IMG/VR virus record: IMGVR_UViG_3300044723_005784
Coordinates: 28,488-92,487 of that record
Strand: one strand, 5' to 3'
Source: a virus
Lineage: Duplodnaviria; Caudoviricetes
Length of the DNA: 64,000 nucleotides
The notes under the pieces were generated by a model. It was given only the letters and a program-made list of their open reading frames with translations, was not told the DNA's origin and did not search any database. How positions within the stretch are numbered: the first letter of the stretch is position 1; every line of letters starts with the position of its first letter. The translations under genes were made by a program, and so were the position numbers. This document shows, one piece after another, positions 24,118-34,598 of this stretch.

Positions 24118-27100
24118 ATGGCAATAGTACTTCGTAGTCAAAAGACATCACCCATAACGTTTGAAGAAATGGACGGTAACTTCACTGACATTAATGGTAG
24201 GGTGACTACTGTTGAAGCTAACCATATAAAAAATGTTAATGGTTTAACTGCTGACAGTAACAATGCTATTGTTTTAGATACTGACGATATCAGTGAAGCA
24301 AGTGGTGGCGCAACAAACATTTGGTTCACTAACGCTAGAGCAAGAGCAGCTATTAGTATTACTGATAGTGGCGGGGATGGTAGTTTAAGTTACAACAGTA
24401 CAACAGGTGTCATTACATATGTAGGACCAAGTGCTAGTGAAGTACGTGCACATATCAGTGCTACCTCGGCGACTGGTGTAACATATACTGCTGGCACTGG
24501 CGTTATCGCTCTTGCAAGTATTCCTAATTCAAGTATTACAAACAGCACAATCACAGTCACAGGCGACAGTGGAAGCACTGCTATTGATCTAGGTGATACA
24601 CTAACTGTAACAGGCGGCGAAGGTATTGATACTGCACAGAGTGGAGACACATTAACCATAAGCGCAGAAGATGCCAGCAATAGTAATAAAGGTGTTGCAA
24701 GTTTTAGTTCAGATCACTTTACAGTTACATCAGGTGCAGTTGTACTTAAAATAGATGGCATTGATGAATCTTTAATTGATTTCGGAACAGGCGCTGGTCA
24801 AGTTAATACAGCAAATGTTCCAGAGGATCCTAGCGCAACAGGAAGTACAGGCACACAATATTATACAGATGCTAGAGCAGATGCTCGCATCGCGTCGGCA
24901 AGTATTGATGATCTAAGCGATGTAACTCTAGGTTCATTAACCGACGGTTATGGTTTAACATATAATGCGTCATCTGGTAGACTAGAGCTTGCAGAACTAC
25001 CGGGCGCAACAGGCGGTGAAGCAAACCGTGCTGTTAACCAAGCAGTAGCAAATAGCGTAGGCCTATTCAAAGAAAAAGTCGGCGTCGAACTTAGATTTAG
25101 AAGTATTACCGGCGATAGTAATATAGTTCTTACACAAAATACAGATGATGTAAACATTGCACTTTCTAGTTCACCAGAGTTTGGCAACATTAAAATTAAC
25201 AGTGCTGCAAACACTATTGAAAATACAAGCACTAACGCAGACTTGATCCTAGCACCAAATGGTACAGGATCTGTTTTAATTGATGGTACATTAGAACCTA
25301 ATGCAGATAGCAGTTACACACTAGGTGCAAGTGGCAATGAATGGTCACAAGCCTATATTGATACAGTTACAGCAACTAACGTTGCAGGTACACTCACTAC
25401 CGCTGCACAGACAAACATTACAAGTGTTGGTACACTCGATGGTATTACGATTGCAGGCAGTCAAACAATTAGCATGGGTTCAAACAGAGTAACAAACGTT
25501 ACAGATCCAAGCGGTGCACAAGACGCTGCAACTAAAAATTATGTTGACAGTGCATTAAGTAGCGGTACAACAATTTTTACACTACAAGCAGATAGTGGAA
25601 GCAATGATGCCGTAGAGACAGGCAATACAGTTGATTTTGAAGGCACCGCAAACGAAATTGAAACTACAGTAAGTTCTAACAAGATTACTATTGGACTGCC
25701 AACTAATGTTACAGTTGCAAACGACTTAACAGTTGGTAACGCACTTACAGTCACCGGTAACCTAACAGTTAATGGTACAACCACAACAGTCAGCAGTACA
25801 GAACTTGCTATCGAAGATGGTAAGATTCAGATTGGTGTAAACAACGAAAGCAGTGATGCAATTGACATGGGTTTTGTTGGACACTACTACAATGGTGTAC
25901 GCAGAGGACATGCAGGTCTATTCCGTGATGCAACTGATAAAAAGTTCAAGCTCATGGGAGACTATGGACCAGAACCAAACCAGACAACCATAGACACAGA
26001 TGATGAACATTTTCAACTTGCTGATCTGGTGTTACGCAGTTTGGAAATAGGCGACACAGACAATCCAAGCATGGCAATCAGAGGTTCAAGACTGGAAACC
26101 ATAAACAGTAACCAGAGCATTGAATTGGAAACAAGTGGCACAGGCATTGTTGATATTGGTGCAGATGTACGACTAAAAGCACAAGCAGATTTACGTTTTG
26201 CTGATGCAGACAGTAGTAACTATGTAGCGTTTCAAGCACCTGCTACAGTAGCAAGTAATATTATTTGGACACTACCAAGTGCAGATGCAGCAGTAAGTGG
26301 TTATGCACTAGTTAGTAATGCTGCTGGCACACTAAGTTGGGCTGCTGCTGGCGCAACAACAACCAGTGATACAACAACAAATGCTGAAGAACAACTTTAC
26401 TTTGGCGATATAACAAGTGGTGCTGTTACAGCAGTTCATCACGATGCAGATTTTACCTATAACCCTAGTACTGGCACACTTACTGCTGATACGTTTAATG
26501 GCGCACTCAGTGGTAACGCTAATACTGCTACGTCAGCAACAACTGCTACAAACGTAACAGTAGCAGACGAAAGCACAGATACGTCTTGTAATGTTGTATT
26601 TGTTACCGCTGCAACTGGTAATTTGCCTCCTAAGACAGGAACAAACTTAACATTCAACAGTAGTACTGGCGCATTAACCGCAACATCATTTAGTGGTTCA
26701 CTTACTGGTAATGCCAATACAGCGACCACTGCAACCACAGCTACAAACGTTACAGCAACAGCAAACAATGCTACTAACGAAACTGTATACGTTACATTTG
26801 TTGACGGTACAACTGGTGCACAAGGTATTGAAACAGACACTAGCTTAACTTATAATCCTAGCACCAATACACTTACAACAAGTATTTTCTCAGGTACTGC
26901 AACTAATGCACAATACGCTGACTTGGCAGAACGTTATCTACCAGATGCAGAATATCCATTTGGTACAGTAATGACAGTTGGTGGCGGAGCAGAAGTAACA
27001 TATTGTACACAAGACAGCATACCTGTAGGCGTGATAAGTACTGCACCAGCCTATCTAATGAATAGCGATTTAGAAAACGGTGTTGCTGTCGCACTAGTTG

Positions 27101-27267
27101 GTCGTGTCCCAGTTCGTGTAGTAGGTTCAGTTGTAAAGGGTCAAGCGGTTTATGCGGATCACGACGGAGTCGCTAGTGCGACAGCAGAAGGCGAGCGTGT
27201 TGGTATTGCTCTTGAAACAAATGACGACACAGGTGAAAAACTTGTTGAATGTGTACTAAAGGTATAA
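24118..27267 (+). CDS. Tail fibre protein with C-terminal YADLAE chaperone/peptidase-like domain
   Basis: Thr/Ser/Gly-rich repeats, DAATKNYVD motif, YADLAERY...PAYLMN...GRVPVRV C-terminus. Confidence 0.75.
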   Translation: MAIVLRSQKTSPITFEEMDGNFTDINGRVTTVEANHIKNVNGLTADSNNAIVLDTDDISEASGGATNIWFTNARARAAISITDSGGDGSLSYNSTTGVITYVGPSASEVRAHISATSATGVTYTAGTGVIALASIPNSSITNSTITVTGDSGSTAIDLGDTLTVTGGEGIDTAQSGDTLTISAEDASNSNKGVASFSSDHFTVTSGAVVLKIDGIDESLIDFGTGAGQVNTANVPEDPSATGSTGTQYYTDARADARIASASIDDLSDVTLGSLTDGYGLTYNASSGRLELAELPGATGGEANRAVNQAVANSVGLFKEKVGVELRFRSITGDSNIVLTQNTDDVNIALSSSPEFGNIKINSAANTIENTSTNADLILAPNGTGSVLIDGTLEPNADSSYTLGASGNEWSQAYIDTVTATNVAGTLTTAAQTNITSVGTLDGITIAGSQTISMGSNRVTNVTDPSGAQDAATKNYVDSALSSGTTIFTLQADSGSNDAVETGNTVDFEGTANEIETTVSSNKITIGLPTNVTVANDLTVGNALTVTGNLTVNGTTTTVSSTELAIEDGKIQIGVNNESSDAIDMGFVGHYYNGVRRGHAGLFRDATDKKFKLMGDYGPEPNQTTIDTDDEHFQLADLVLRSLEIGDTDNPSMAIRGSRLETINSNQSIELETSGTGIVDIGADVRLKAQADLRFADADSSNYVAFQAPATVASNIIWTLPSADAAVSGYALVSNAAGTLSWAAAGATTTSDTTTNAEEQLYFGDITSGAVTAVHHDADFTYNPSTGTLTADTFNGALSGNANTATSATTATNVTVADESTDTSCNVVFVTAATGNLPPKTGTNLTFNSSTGALTATSFSGSLTGNANTATTATTATNVTATANNATNETVYVTFVDGTTGAQGIETDTSLTYNPSTNTLTTSIFSGTATNAQYADLAERYLPDAEYPFGTVMTVGGGAEVTYCTQDSIPVGVISTAPAYLMNSDLENGVAVALVGRVPVRVVGSVVKGQAVYADHDGVASATAEGERVGIALETNDDTGEKLVECVLKV

Positions 27268-27274
27268 TATAATA

Positions 27275-27934
27275 ATGAATGAAGAGAAAGATATGGACAA
27301 CAAAATAGAAGAGCCTGAAACACCCTTCAAGGAAAAGGGCGGAGTTCACATGGAAGGACACATTCGCATCTTTGACCCAGATAGTGGTGAAGAATATGTA
27401 AACAAGCGCAATGCTATTCACTATGAAAATATGAGTGAAGCATTAGCACTAAGTTTGAGTAATAAGACCACAGGGTTTGTTCATGAAATGGCATTTGGAA
27501 ACGGTGGAACAAATGTTGACCCAACAGGCGTAATTACATATCTACCTGCCAATAGTACAGGACAAAGTTCTAGTCTATACAACCAAACATATTATAAAGT
27601 GGTTGATGATAACAGCAGTTTGAACACTGATGCTGGCAGAAATAAATTAACTGTTAACCACGTCAGTGGTAACATTTATAGTGATATTGTTGTTAGCTGT
27701 TTGCTAGACTATGGCGAACCAAGCGGACAGCAAGCATTTGATAATACAAGCAATTTTAATGATACATATACATTTGACGAGCTTGGGCTTAAAAGCTGGA
27801 TTGGCACAGTTAATACAGGTAAGTTAATAACACATGTTATCTTTCACCCTGTGCAAAAGAGTCTAAACCGATTAATTCAGATAGATTACACGATTAGGAT
27901 TCAAACTTTGACTAATCTGAGCAGTATTAGTTAA
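27275..27934 (+). CDS. Conserved virion structural (baseplate) protein
   Basis: GHIRIFD...NAIHYEN, FDELGL, HPVQKSLNR; structural context. Confidence 0.55.
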   Translation: MNEEKDMDNKIEEPETPFKEKGGVHMEGHIRIFDPDSGEEYVNKRNAIHYENMSEALALSLSNKTTGFVHEMAFGNGGTNVDPTGVITYLPANSTGQSSSLYNQTYYKVVDDNSSLNTDAGRNKLTVNHVSGNIYSDIVVSCLLDYGEPSGQQAFDNTSNFNDTYTFDELGLKSWIGTVNTGKLITHVIFHPVQKSLNRLIQIDYTIRIQTLTNLSSIS

Positions 27935-27953
27935 CAGTATATATATTAAGACT

Positions 27954-27961
27954 GATAAATA
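27954..27961 (+). promoter_or_regulatory. Late-promoter-like GATAAATA
   Basis: Intergenic TAAATA core upstream of 27988. Confidence 0.5.
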
Positions 27962-27987
27962 AAATAAAGTTTGTGGAGAACAATTAA

Positions 27988-29448
27988 ATGGCCTATACAA
28001 TTAATAAGACAAATGGCGCGGTCCTTAGTACGATTTCCGACGGAACAGTTGATAGTACTACAGATCTTACGCTAATTGGTAAAAACTACGCTGGTTATGG
28101 TGAGTTTCAAAATGAAAACTTTGTAAAATTACTTGAAAATTTTGCTAATTCTAGTGCACCAGGTGCGCCAGTTGCAGGACAGATGTGGTGGGATACAGCA
28201 AATAGCCTACTAAAGGTATATACCGGAACAGCATTTAAAACTGTAAGTTCCAGTACTGCAAGTGCTAGTACACCAAGTAGCAGTGTTACTGGTGACCTTT
28301 GGTGGGATACAACCAACGGACAGTTGAAAGTTTACAACGGTAGTGGATTTACCACAATTGGTCCTGCGTTCACAAGTGGCACAGGAACATCCGGTGCTAT
28401 TGTTGAAACTGTCACAGACAGTGGCGCAACCGATCACGTTGTTGTTAAACTTTATGTTAATAACACTGTTGTTGGTACAATTTCAAAAGACGCACAGTTT
28501 ACTCCACAAAGTGCAATATCTGGTTTTGCTACAATTGATCCAGGTTTCCAAGTTAGCTCAACAGTTAGTGGTGCTAAATTTGTTGGTACAGCAACTGATT
28601 CAGATGCACTTGGTACAGTAGCAGCAAGTGCTTATCTAAGAAGTGATCAAAGTGATAGCACATCCGGCGTTTTCAGTGTCCTCAACGACACAGGGTTGGT
28701 TGTTGGTGTTGATAGTGACCTTACTGTTGGCATAAGCGGAAGTAACGTACAAGTTAAGAACGTAGCCAGTGACGGTGACATTATTTTTAATGTAAACGAC
28801 GGCGGCGTTGATACAATGGCACTAACCATTGATGGCGCAACTGCAAGAGTTCAAGTAGCAGGTGCTCCAGTAGCATCTCTTGATGTTGCAACAAAAGCAT
28901 ATGTAGACTCAACAGTTAGTGGTGCAGGCGCACTAGCAGCAGACGGTAGCGTAGCACTAGCAGGAGTATTGAGTCCTGATGCTAACAACACACGTGATAT
29001 GGGTACAGGCAGTTTAAGATATGCCACAATTTTTGCTACAACGTTTAACGGTACAGCAACATCAGCACAATACGCTGACGTTGCGGAGAATTTCTCAGCA
29101 GACGCTAGTTATTCTCCTGGTACAGTAGTAGCACTTGGTGGTGCACAAGAAATTACTCGTGTAAACGAGGAAGCAAGCGATCAAGTGTTTGGTGTTATAT
29201 CAGAGAAGCCAGCATATTTAATGAACGCTGGTCTAGAACATGGACTTCCAGTTGCTGTAACAGGTCGTGTACCAGTTAGAGTACTTGGTATGGTAAATAA
29301 AGGTGAGAGACTTGTTAGCGCAGGCGATGGGCTAGCAAGAAGAGCACAACCAGGCGAAGCAACTTCATTTAATGTAATTGGCCGTGCAATTGAATCCAAA
29401 ACAACACAAAGCGAAGGGTCAGTTGAAGCCTTTGTGACAATTAACTAA
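27988..29448 (+). CDS. Baseplate-attached short fibre protein with YADVAE C-terminal domain
   Basis: GKNYAGYG..QNENF..LLENFA, two G(Q/D)(M/L)WWDT repeats; C-terminal domain paralogous to that of 24118. Confidence 0.7.
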   Translation: MAYTINKTNGAVLSTISDGTVDSTTDLTLIGKNYAGYGEFQNENFVKLLENFANSSAPGAPVAGQMWWDTANSLLKVYTGTAFKTVSSSTASASTPSSSVTGDLWWDTTNGQLKVYNGSGFTTIGPAFTSGTGTSGAIVETVTDSGATDHVVVKLYVNNTVVGTISKDAQFTPQSAISGFATIDPGFQVSSTVSGAKFVGTATDSDALGTVAASAYLRSDQSDSTSGVFSVLNDTGLVVGVDSDLTVGISGSNVQVKNVASDGDIIFNVNDGGVDTMALTIDGATARVQVAGAPVASLDVATKAYVDSTVSGAGALAADGSVALAGVLSPDANNTRDMGTGSLRYATIFATTFNGTATSAQYADVAENFSADASYSPGTVVALGGAQEITRVNEEASDQVFGVISEKPAYLMNAGLEHGLPVAVTGRVPVRVLGMVNKGERLVSAGDGLARRAQPGEATSFNVIGRAIESKTTQSEGSVEAFVTIN

Positions 29449-29462
29449 TAGGAATTTTATGA

Positions 29463-30404
29463 ATGGCATATACTAGCGGAGACACAATTGAAGCTGCACA
29501 CTACAATGGTTTTGTTACCAGTGTTAATGCACTTTGGGGAACAGGAACAAGTAATAGGGGCATTGGACAAACCACTACTGTTAGTACAGTTAGTTCAACA
29601 AATACTATTACTGCAACACAGTGGAGCACGCTGCTAGATAGAATTCGTTCAATTAGCGACCATTACGGTCAAGACGGTAGTATTACAATTGATACAGTAA
29701 CTAACCCAAGTGCAACTGATACAATTAGTGCACTCGCAACAGTAGCAACTGATATTGGTACTATTGATAGTGCACAAATTGCTGTCGGCGCTGTGGCAGC
29801 GGGTTATCAAACAGCCGTTACAGATACAGCAGTAGTAAGCGGAACATTTACAAATACAATTACACAAACCGATACACTTACATTTGCTAGTGCTAATGCA
29901 ATGCGTTACTTCTTTAACGCAGGCGGCCGTGTATACGTAGATTGGACAATTAGTGGCGGTACTGCCGACGCCAAGTACAATGAGTGGGTAGATCTAGTAA
30001 GTAAGTGTGGTAGTTATTACATTTACAATACCACAGGCGGTAAGAGTGGTGGCAGTGGTAGTCCAACAACAAACCTAACAACCACAGGTTTCTGGGACTT
30101 GGGTACAGGCACAACAACAATGTTCAAGCAGCTTGCAGATACCTCACCCTACACAGCTAACTATATTCAGCTACAAGCGTCATTGAATGCCGCAGCAGGT
30201 AGTTCAACTATAATGACACTAACCAGCACTTGGAAGGATGATGCAGCAGACCAAACATCATACAACAAGAACATTTATAACGTTCTTGACCAAGTTAATG
30301 GTAGCAAGACAACAACATTCGGTTATCAAGCACCAAATACAACATACATTAGTGCAACCTGGGGCACACCCAGCTGGGCAACAACAGTTAACACAGAATC
30401 TTAA
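29463..30404 (+). CDS. Virion structural/fibre-associated protein
   Basis: MAY..GDTI start, RYFFNAGG motif, Thr/Gly-rich; last gene of the structural block. Confidence 0.55.
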   Translation: MAYTSGDTIEAAHYNGFVTSVNALWGTGTSNRGIGQTTTVSTVSSTNTITATQWSTLLDRIRSISDHYGQDGSITIDTVTNPSATDTISALATVATDIGTIDSAQIAVGAVAAGYQTAVTDTAVVSGTFTNTITQTDTLTFASANAMRYFFNAGGRVYVDWTISGGTADAKYNEWVDLVSKCGSYYIYNTTGGKSGGSGSPTTNLTTTGFWDLGTGTTTMFKQLADTSPYTANYIQLQASLNAAAGSSTIMTLTSTWKDDAADQTSYNKNIYNVLDQVNGSKTTTFGYQAPNTTYISATWGTPSWATTVNTES

Positions 30405-30410
30405 TAGTAA

Positions 30411-30439
30411 TTGACAGAGCTATATAGCCCTGTTATACT
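30411..30439 (+). promoter_or_regulatory. Sigma70-type promoter TTGACA-17-TATACT with extended -10 TG
   Basis: TTGACA 30411-16, TG 30431-32, TATACT 30434-39; the ATG is at 30446. Confidence 0.75.
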
Positions 30440-30445
30440 ATATAA

Positions 30446-30772
30446 ATGACCTTAGAAACATTTGAACAATTCGCACGCCAGCGACTTGACCACAATCGTC
30501 AACGCTTGGCTCTTAAAGAACAACAGGAACAACGTCTAACACTGGCATATGATGGTGGGCAGTTTAGAGTTACGGTAGAACTAATGGCGCTACTAGCAAC
30601 ATGGCCCGCAGATGAACTGCTATATATCGTAGACGACTACGATAATCCAGTAAAGATTGTTGATGCTTGTGACATGCTAGTACACTGTAGACAACACTGG
30701 TACGAAGTAATGAATGATTGGCACAATCAACATGCTGAATTAAAAAAGGTTAGACGTGTAGAACAACTATGA
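30446..30772 (+). CDS. Hypothetical protein, first gene of the modification operon
   Basis: ORF coupled (ATGA) to the next gene. Confidence 0.7.
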   Translation: MTLETFEQFARQRLDHNRQRLALKEQQEQRLTLAYDGGQFRVTVELMALLATWPADELLYIVDDYDNPVKIVDACDMLVHCRQHWYEVMNDWHNQHAELKKVRRVEQL

Positions 30773-31554
30773 GCAAGGGTGCACTACTACTTGCTACACC
30801 ACATGAAACAATAGACTACATAGGTTTTGCTAAACTAGCTGCCAAACTTGTAGAAAAACACTTAGACATTGAAACACATATACATGTAGGTGAAGCACGG
30901 CCAGGTAATACTAGAGCGTTCCGCTGGCACAATGGCGAAGTTGTTACAGTGCCATGGTATAACAGTGATAGAACACTAGCATATGATTTAAGCCCTTATG
31001 ATGAAACACTGCTAATAGACGTAGACTACCTTACGTTTAATGACAATCTTAAACAGTACTTTGGTAGTGCAAATGAGTTTTTATGTTATGATCAGGTATG
31101 GGATGTTACCTCCACAAATAGTTTCCGTAACGATCAAAGGATGACCAGGGCCGGCCATCCAATGTTATGGGCTACAGTCGTTTACTTTCGCAAGTGTGAA
31201 TTAGCATATAACATATTTGAGATGATGAAGAACGTACAACTCAACTGGCAATACTATTCAAAGTTTTGGGGATTTATGGCAGGAAAATATCGCAATGACT
31301 TTGCCCTCACTATTGCACACCAACTAATGTATGGCTACAGTGCTGGCACATACTTTAATCATAGGCTCGCAAGTCTGAGCACAATGGATACTATCTATAG
31401 TACGAAAGATGATGAACTTAACATACGCTATCAAGACGGTGACAAGTATAATGCTGTTAAACTTAAAGGTGTAAACCTACACTGTATGAACAAAGCCTGC
31501 TTACAGGATCCAGAAATATATGGAGCACTAGATGCGTATGCAACCCAAGGATGA
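30769..31554 (+). CDS. Glycosyltransferase-like protein (GT-A fold)
   Basis: LSPYDETLLIDVDYL (DxD), WATVVYF, RNDFA. Confidence 0.6.
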   Translation: MSKGALLLATPHETIDYIGFAKLAAKLVEKHLDIETHIHVGEARPGNTRAFRWHNGEVVTVPWYNSDRTLAYDLSPYDETLLIDVDYLTFNDNLKQYFGSANEFLCYDQVWDVTSTNSFRNDQRMTRAGHPMLWATVVYFRKCELAYNIFEMMKNVQLNWQYYSKFWGFMAGKYRNDFALTIAHQLMYGYSAGTYFNHRLASLSTMDTIYSTKDDELNIRYQDGDKYNAVKLKGVNLHCMNKACLQDPEIYGALDAYATQG

Positions 31555-32380
31555 GCCACAGGGTTGGCTAACATTTGCACAAAACAGTGCTGATACCAAT
31601 TATGTAGATCTTGCCTACTTGCTTGCTCTTAGTATCAAGGCAACGTGTAAACATAATAGGTTTGCAATAGCTGTTGACGAGGAGAGTGAATCTAATATAA
31701 ATACACGACAACGTAAAGTATTTGATCACATTATTGTTGTCCCTCACATGGAACCTTTTTATAACGAGGCTCTTGCACTAGACATTACTCCTTTTAAAGA
31801 AACATTTAAAGTAGAAAGTGATATGATTGTTCCTCGCAATTTAGATCATTGGTGGAATGGTTGCAGAATACAAGATGTATGTTATACTAATAATGTAAGA
31901 GATTATCGTGGCAATATTGCCACTAGTAGGAAATATAGAAAGTTTTTTGATGCCAATTATCTTGATGATGCTTATAATGGGTTTTCATATTTTAGGTTTA
32001 GCCGCACTAGTGTGGACTTTTTTAGTGCTATGCAAACTATCATACACGGGTGGGACAATTTACGCAATAGTGTTCTTAATAATAGTATCTATGATAAACC
32101 TGATACTGATGTTTTATATGGGCTGGCTCAACAGCATCTGGGATTACCTTGCTCAAATAATTTGAGTTACCCAACGTTTACGCACATGAAGCCAGCAATA
32201 AATGGTTGGAAAGAAAGCGTAAACTGGCAGGATGCCGTGCCCTGGACTCTTACAAACGACTTTGATTTTATAGTTGGAGGATATGCACAACAGTATCCAT
32301 TCCATTATTATGATAAAACATTTTGCACACCAGAAATGACAGACAGATATGAGCATAGAGTTAGAACAAGCACTAATTAA
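31532..32380 (+). CDS. Glycosyltransferase-like protein, paralogue of 30769
   Basis: YVDLAYLLALSIK, TPFKETFKVESDM, FTHMKP, PFHY. Confidence 0.6.
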   Translation: MRMQPKDEPQGWLTFAQNSADTNYVDLAYLLALSIKATCKHNRFAIAVDEESESNINTRQRKVFDHIIVVPHMEPFYNEALALDITPFKETFKVESDMIVPRNLDHWWNGCRIQDVCYTNNVRDYRGNIATSRKYRKFFDANYLDDAYNGFSYFRFSRTSVDFFSAMQTIIHGWDNLRNSVLNNSIYDKPDTDVLYGLAQQHLGLPCSNNLSYPTFTHMKPAINGWKESVNWQDAVPWTLTNDFDFIVGGYAQQYPFHYYDKTFCTPEMTDRYEHRVRTSTN

Positions 32381-32663
32381 TACCACCAAGCGTAAAAAAG
32401 TCGTTAATGAAAGACGTTTGCGCTATAATAGTGATACAGGTGAAGTTATAGACTACTGCCATGTAGATAAAACAGATGTATGGGGCGAGCCTTATATTAT
32501 CATACAAGATGATACACAGGTCTATCCTATAAGACAACGTGTACGTGAAGGTAAACTCGTAGATATTGATACAGCTATACATGTATACTGGCAAGCAACA
32601 CCAGCAGAAACAATTATTAACAACCCTTATTTTTGTAAGAGAGAACTAGAATGGAAGCAGTAA
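32349..32663 (+). CDS. Hypothetical protein
   Basis: Overlapping ORF in the operon. Confidence 0.6.
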   Translation: MSIELEQALINTTKRKKVVNERRLRYNSDTGEVIDYCHVDKTDVWGEPYIIIQDDTQVYPIRQRVREGKLVDIDTAIHVYWQATPAETIINNPYFCKRELEWKQ

Positions 32664-33454
32664 GTGATGTACCACAGGTAGAACGTGATAAGGCATGGAC
32701 TACTATTAGGCCGTTTGGACCAAGTATTATTCGAGGACGAATGAGCGACGAATTGCAATCAGTATTGTGTGGTTTGTTTAAACAGCAGGGTGACAAAGAA
32801 GAGCTAACACCAGAAGAAGACAATGCTTGGACACTGGCAGGCAATAACAAACGTGAGTTTTTAATCACACAAGACCTACTGGGAGAAAATGCACAAATGT
32901 TCCAGGACTGTATTAACAAAGGTGCTAGTCAGATTTATCTAGCTCATGTTAACGTAACCTGGGAAAGTCAGAAGGGCGTAGCAACTCCCAAACATATAGA
33001 ACTAATAGAAGAAAATCTTAACAATATTAATCTTACAGTGGGTATTCACACAGCCTGGGGAAACATTAGCGTAGCAGGAGATTTTAACCCTGCACATCAG
33101 CATACAGGAGAAGTAAGCGGCGTGGGCTACCTCAAAATGCCTGACGATATTGAACGTGAATGGCTGTTAGAGGATCATGATCCCAGTGCAGGTATGATTA
33201 ACTTCCATGATGGTAGACCCAACACTGGTGCAGTACACATGTATAGAATTAAACCAGTTGTGGGAGATATTTTCTTCTTTCCAGCATGGCTACCGCACAG
33301 CGTTCATCCTTTCCGCAGCAAAGGTGAACGCTGGAGTTTTAGTTTTAATCTAAGCATCCAGAACTTAAATGAAGATATCAATTTAACAGATTTACAAAAA
33401 GCAGAGTTACGTGTTGAGCGTAAAAGATTATTAAAGGACTTTAAAAATGACTGA
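32651..33454 (+). CDS. 2OG-Fe(II) oxygenase-like protein
   Basis: HQH..SGVGYL, FFPAWLPHSV.P, R.SFSFN motifs. Confidence 0.8.
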   Translation: MEAVSDVPQVERDKAWTTIRPFGPSIIRGRMSDELQSVLCGLFKQQGDKEELTPEEDNAWTLAGNNKREFLITQDLLGENAQMFQDCINKGASQIYLAHVNVTWESQKGVATPKHIELIEENLNNINLTVGIHTAWGNISVAGDFNPAHQHTGEVSGVGYLKMPDDIEREWLLEDHDPSAGMINFHDGRPNTGAVHMYRIKPVVGDIFFFPAWLPHSVHPFRSKGERWSFSFNLSIQNLNEDINLTDLQKAELRVERKRLLKDFKND

Positions 33455-33674
33455 AATATACATTCCTTATCCGTTTGAGGTAAACCAAGCAGACAAAATT
33501 ACATATGAAAAAGCACAGGTAGCAAAAGAGTTAATTGAACAAGTTCAAGCCTTTTGCGAGTCTAACTTAACTGAGTCATATGAAGTTAGTCACATTGCAT
33601 ATGCAAAAGGTATTCGCGTTGATGTTGATGCAACCGATGATGTAGAAAAGTTACTAAGATTTCAGGATACGTAA
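33447..33674 (+). CDS. Hypothetical protein
   Basis: Small coupled ORF. Confidence 0.55.
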   Translation: MTEIYIPYPFEVNQADKITYEKAQVAKELIEQVQAFCESNLTESYEVSHIAYAKGIRVDVDATDDVEKLLRFQDT

Positions 33675-33677
33675 ACA

Positions 33678-34592
33678 GTGTTAGTTGATGTTGCAGACTT
33701 GGATTGTATCTATCTTAGTTACGACGAGCCTAAGAAAGAAGAGTTCTGGGCACAAATACAAAACATCGTACCTTGGGCTAAAAGAGTAGATGGAGTGCAA
33801 GGCAGTGATGCGGCGCACAAGGCTGCGGCATCAGAGTCAGAAACAGACCGCTTTATACTAATAGACGGCGACAACATTCCAGACCAACACTTTTTTGACA
33901 TACAGTTAGACATTAAGGAAGAATACAAGGATTTCGTCTTCCGCTGGAAAGCCCGTAATGATATTAACGGACTCATGTACGGCAATGGCGGACTAAGTTG
34001 CTGGACTCGAGAGTTTGTGCAAAACATGCAAACACACGAAGCAACTGACGGCACTGATGAGACTGTGGTGGAGTTCTGTTTCGATAGCAAATACATTTCC
34101 ATGAACAATGTGTATAGTACCACGTATCCTAATGGTGATGCCAAACATGCATGGAGAGCAGGCTTTAGGGAAGGTGTTAAAATGTGTCTTAACAAAGGAC
34201 GCAAGCCTAGCCTAGAGGAGTTTCACGAACAAGTTCATGCTAAGAACTATGACAAATTGTGTATATGGCATAGTGTGGGTCAAGATAGTGAGTACGGCTT
34301 TGAAGCGATGGTTGGCGCCAGATACGGTACCTATAAGCTAATGTGTACTGAATGGGATTGGCATGAAGTTAGGGACTTCCAAGCATTGGACACCCTATGG
34401 GAAGAACATGAATACACGGTCGACGAATACATAGAATGGGGTGCCATTTTAAGACGAAAACTACTTCTTCCCATCGTGAACTACACAGCAGAAGAGAGTC
34501 GATTCTTCAAACACTATTACAGTCAGACCTATCATGAACATGAACCTATGACTACAGAACTAGAAGTTATTAGGAGGATTGAAGGGTGGTAA
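33678..34592 (+). CDS. Glycosyltransferase-like protein (GT-A)
   Basis: RVDGVQGSDAAHKAAA, ILIDGDN (DxD), NGLMYGNGG, AWRAGFREGVKM; GTG start. Confidence 0.65.
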   Translation: MLVDVADLDCIYLSYDEPKKEEFWAQIQNIVPWAKRVDGVQGSDAAHKAAASESETDRFILIDGDNIPDQHFFDIQLDIKEEYKDFVFRWKARNDINGLMYGNGGLSCWTREFVQNMQTHEATDGTDETVVEFCFDSKYISMNNVYSTTYPNGDAKHAWRAGFREGVKMCLNKGRKPSLEEFHEQVHAKNYDKLCIWHSVGQDSEYGFEAMVGARYGTYKLMCTEWDWHEVRDFQALDTLWEEHEYTVDEYIEWGAILRRKLLLPIVNYTAEESRFFKHYYSQTYHEHEPMTTELEVIRRIEGW

Positions 34593-34598
34593 TGGTTT

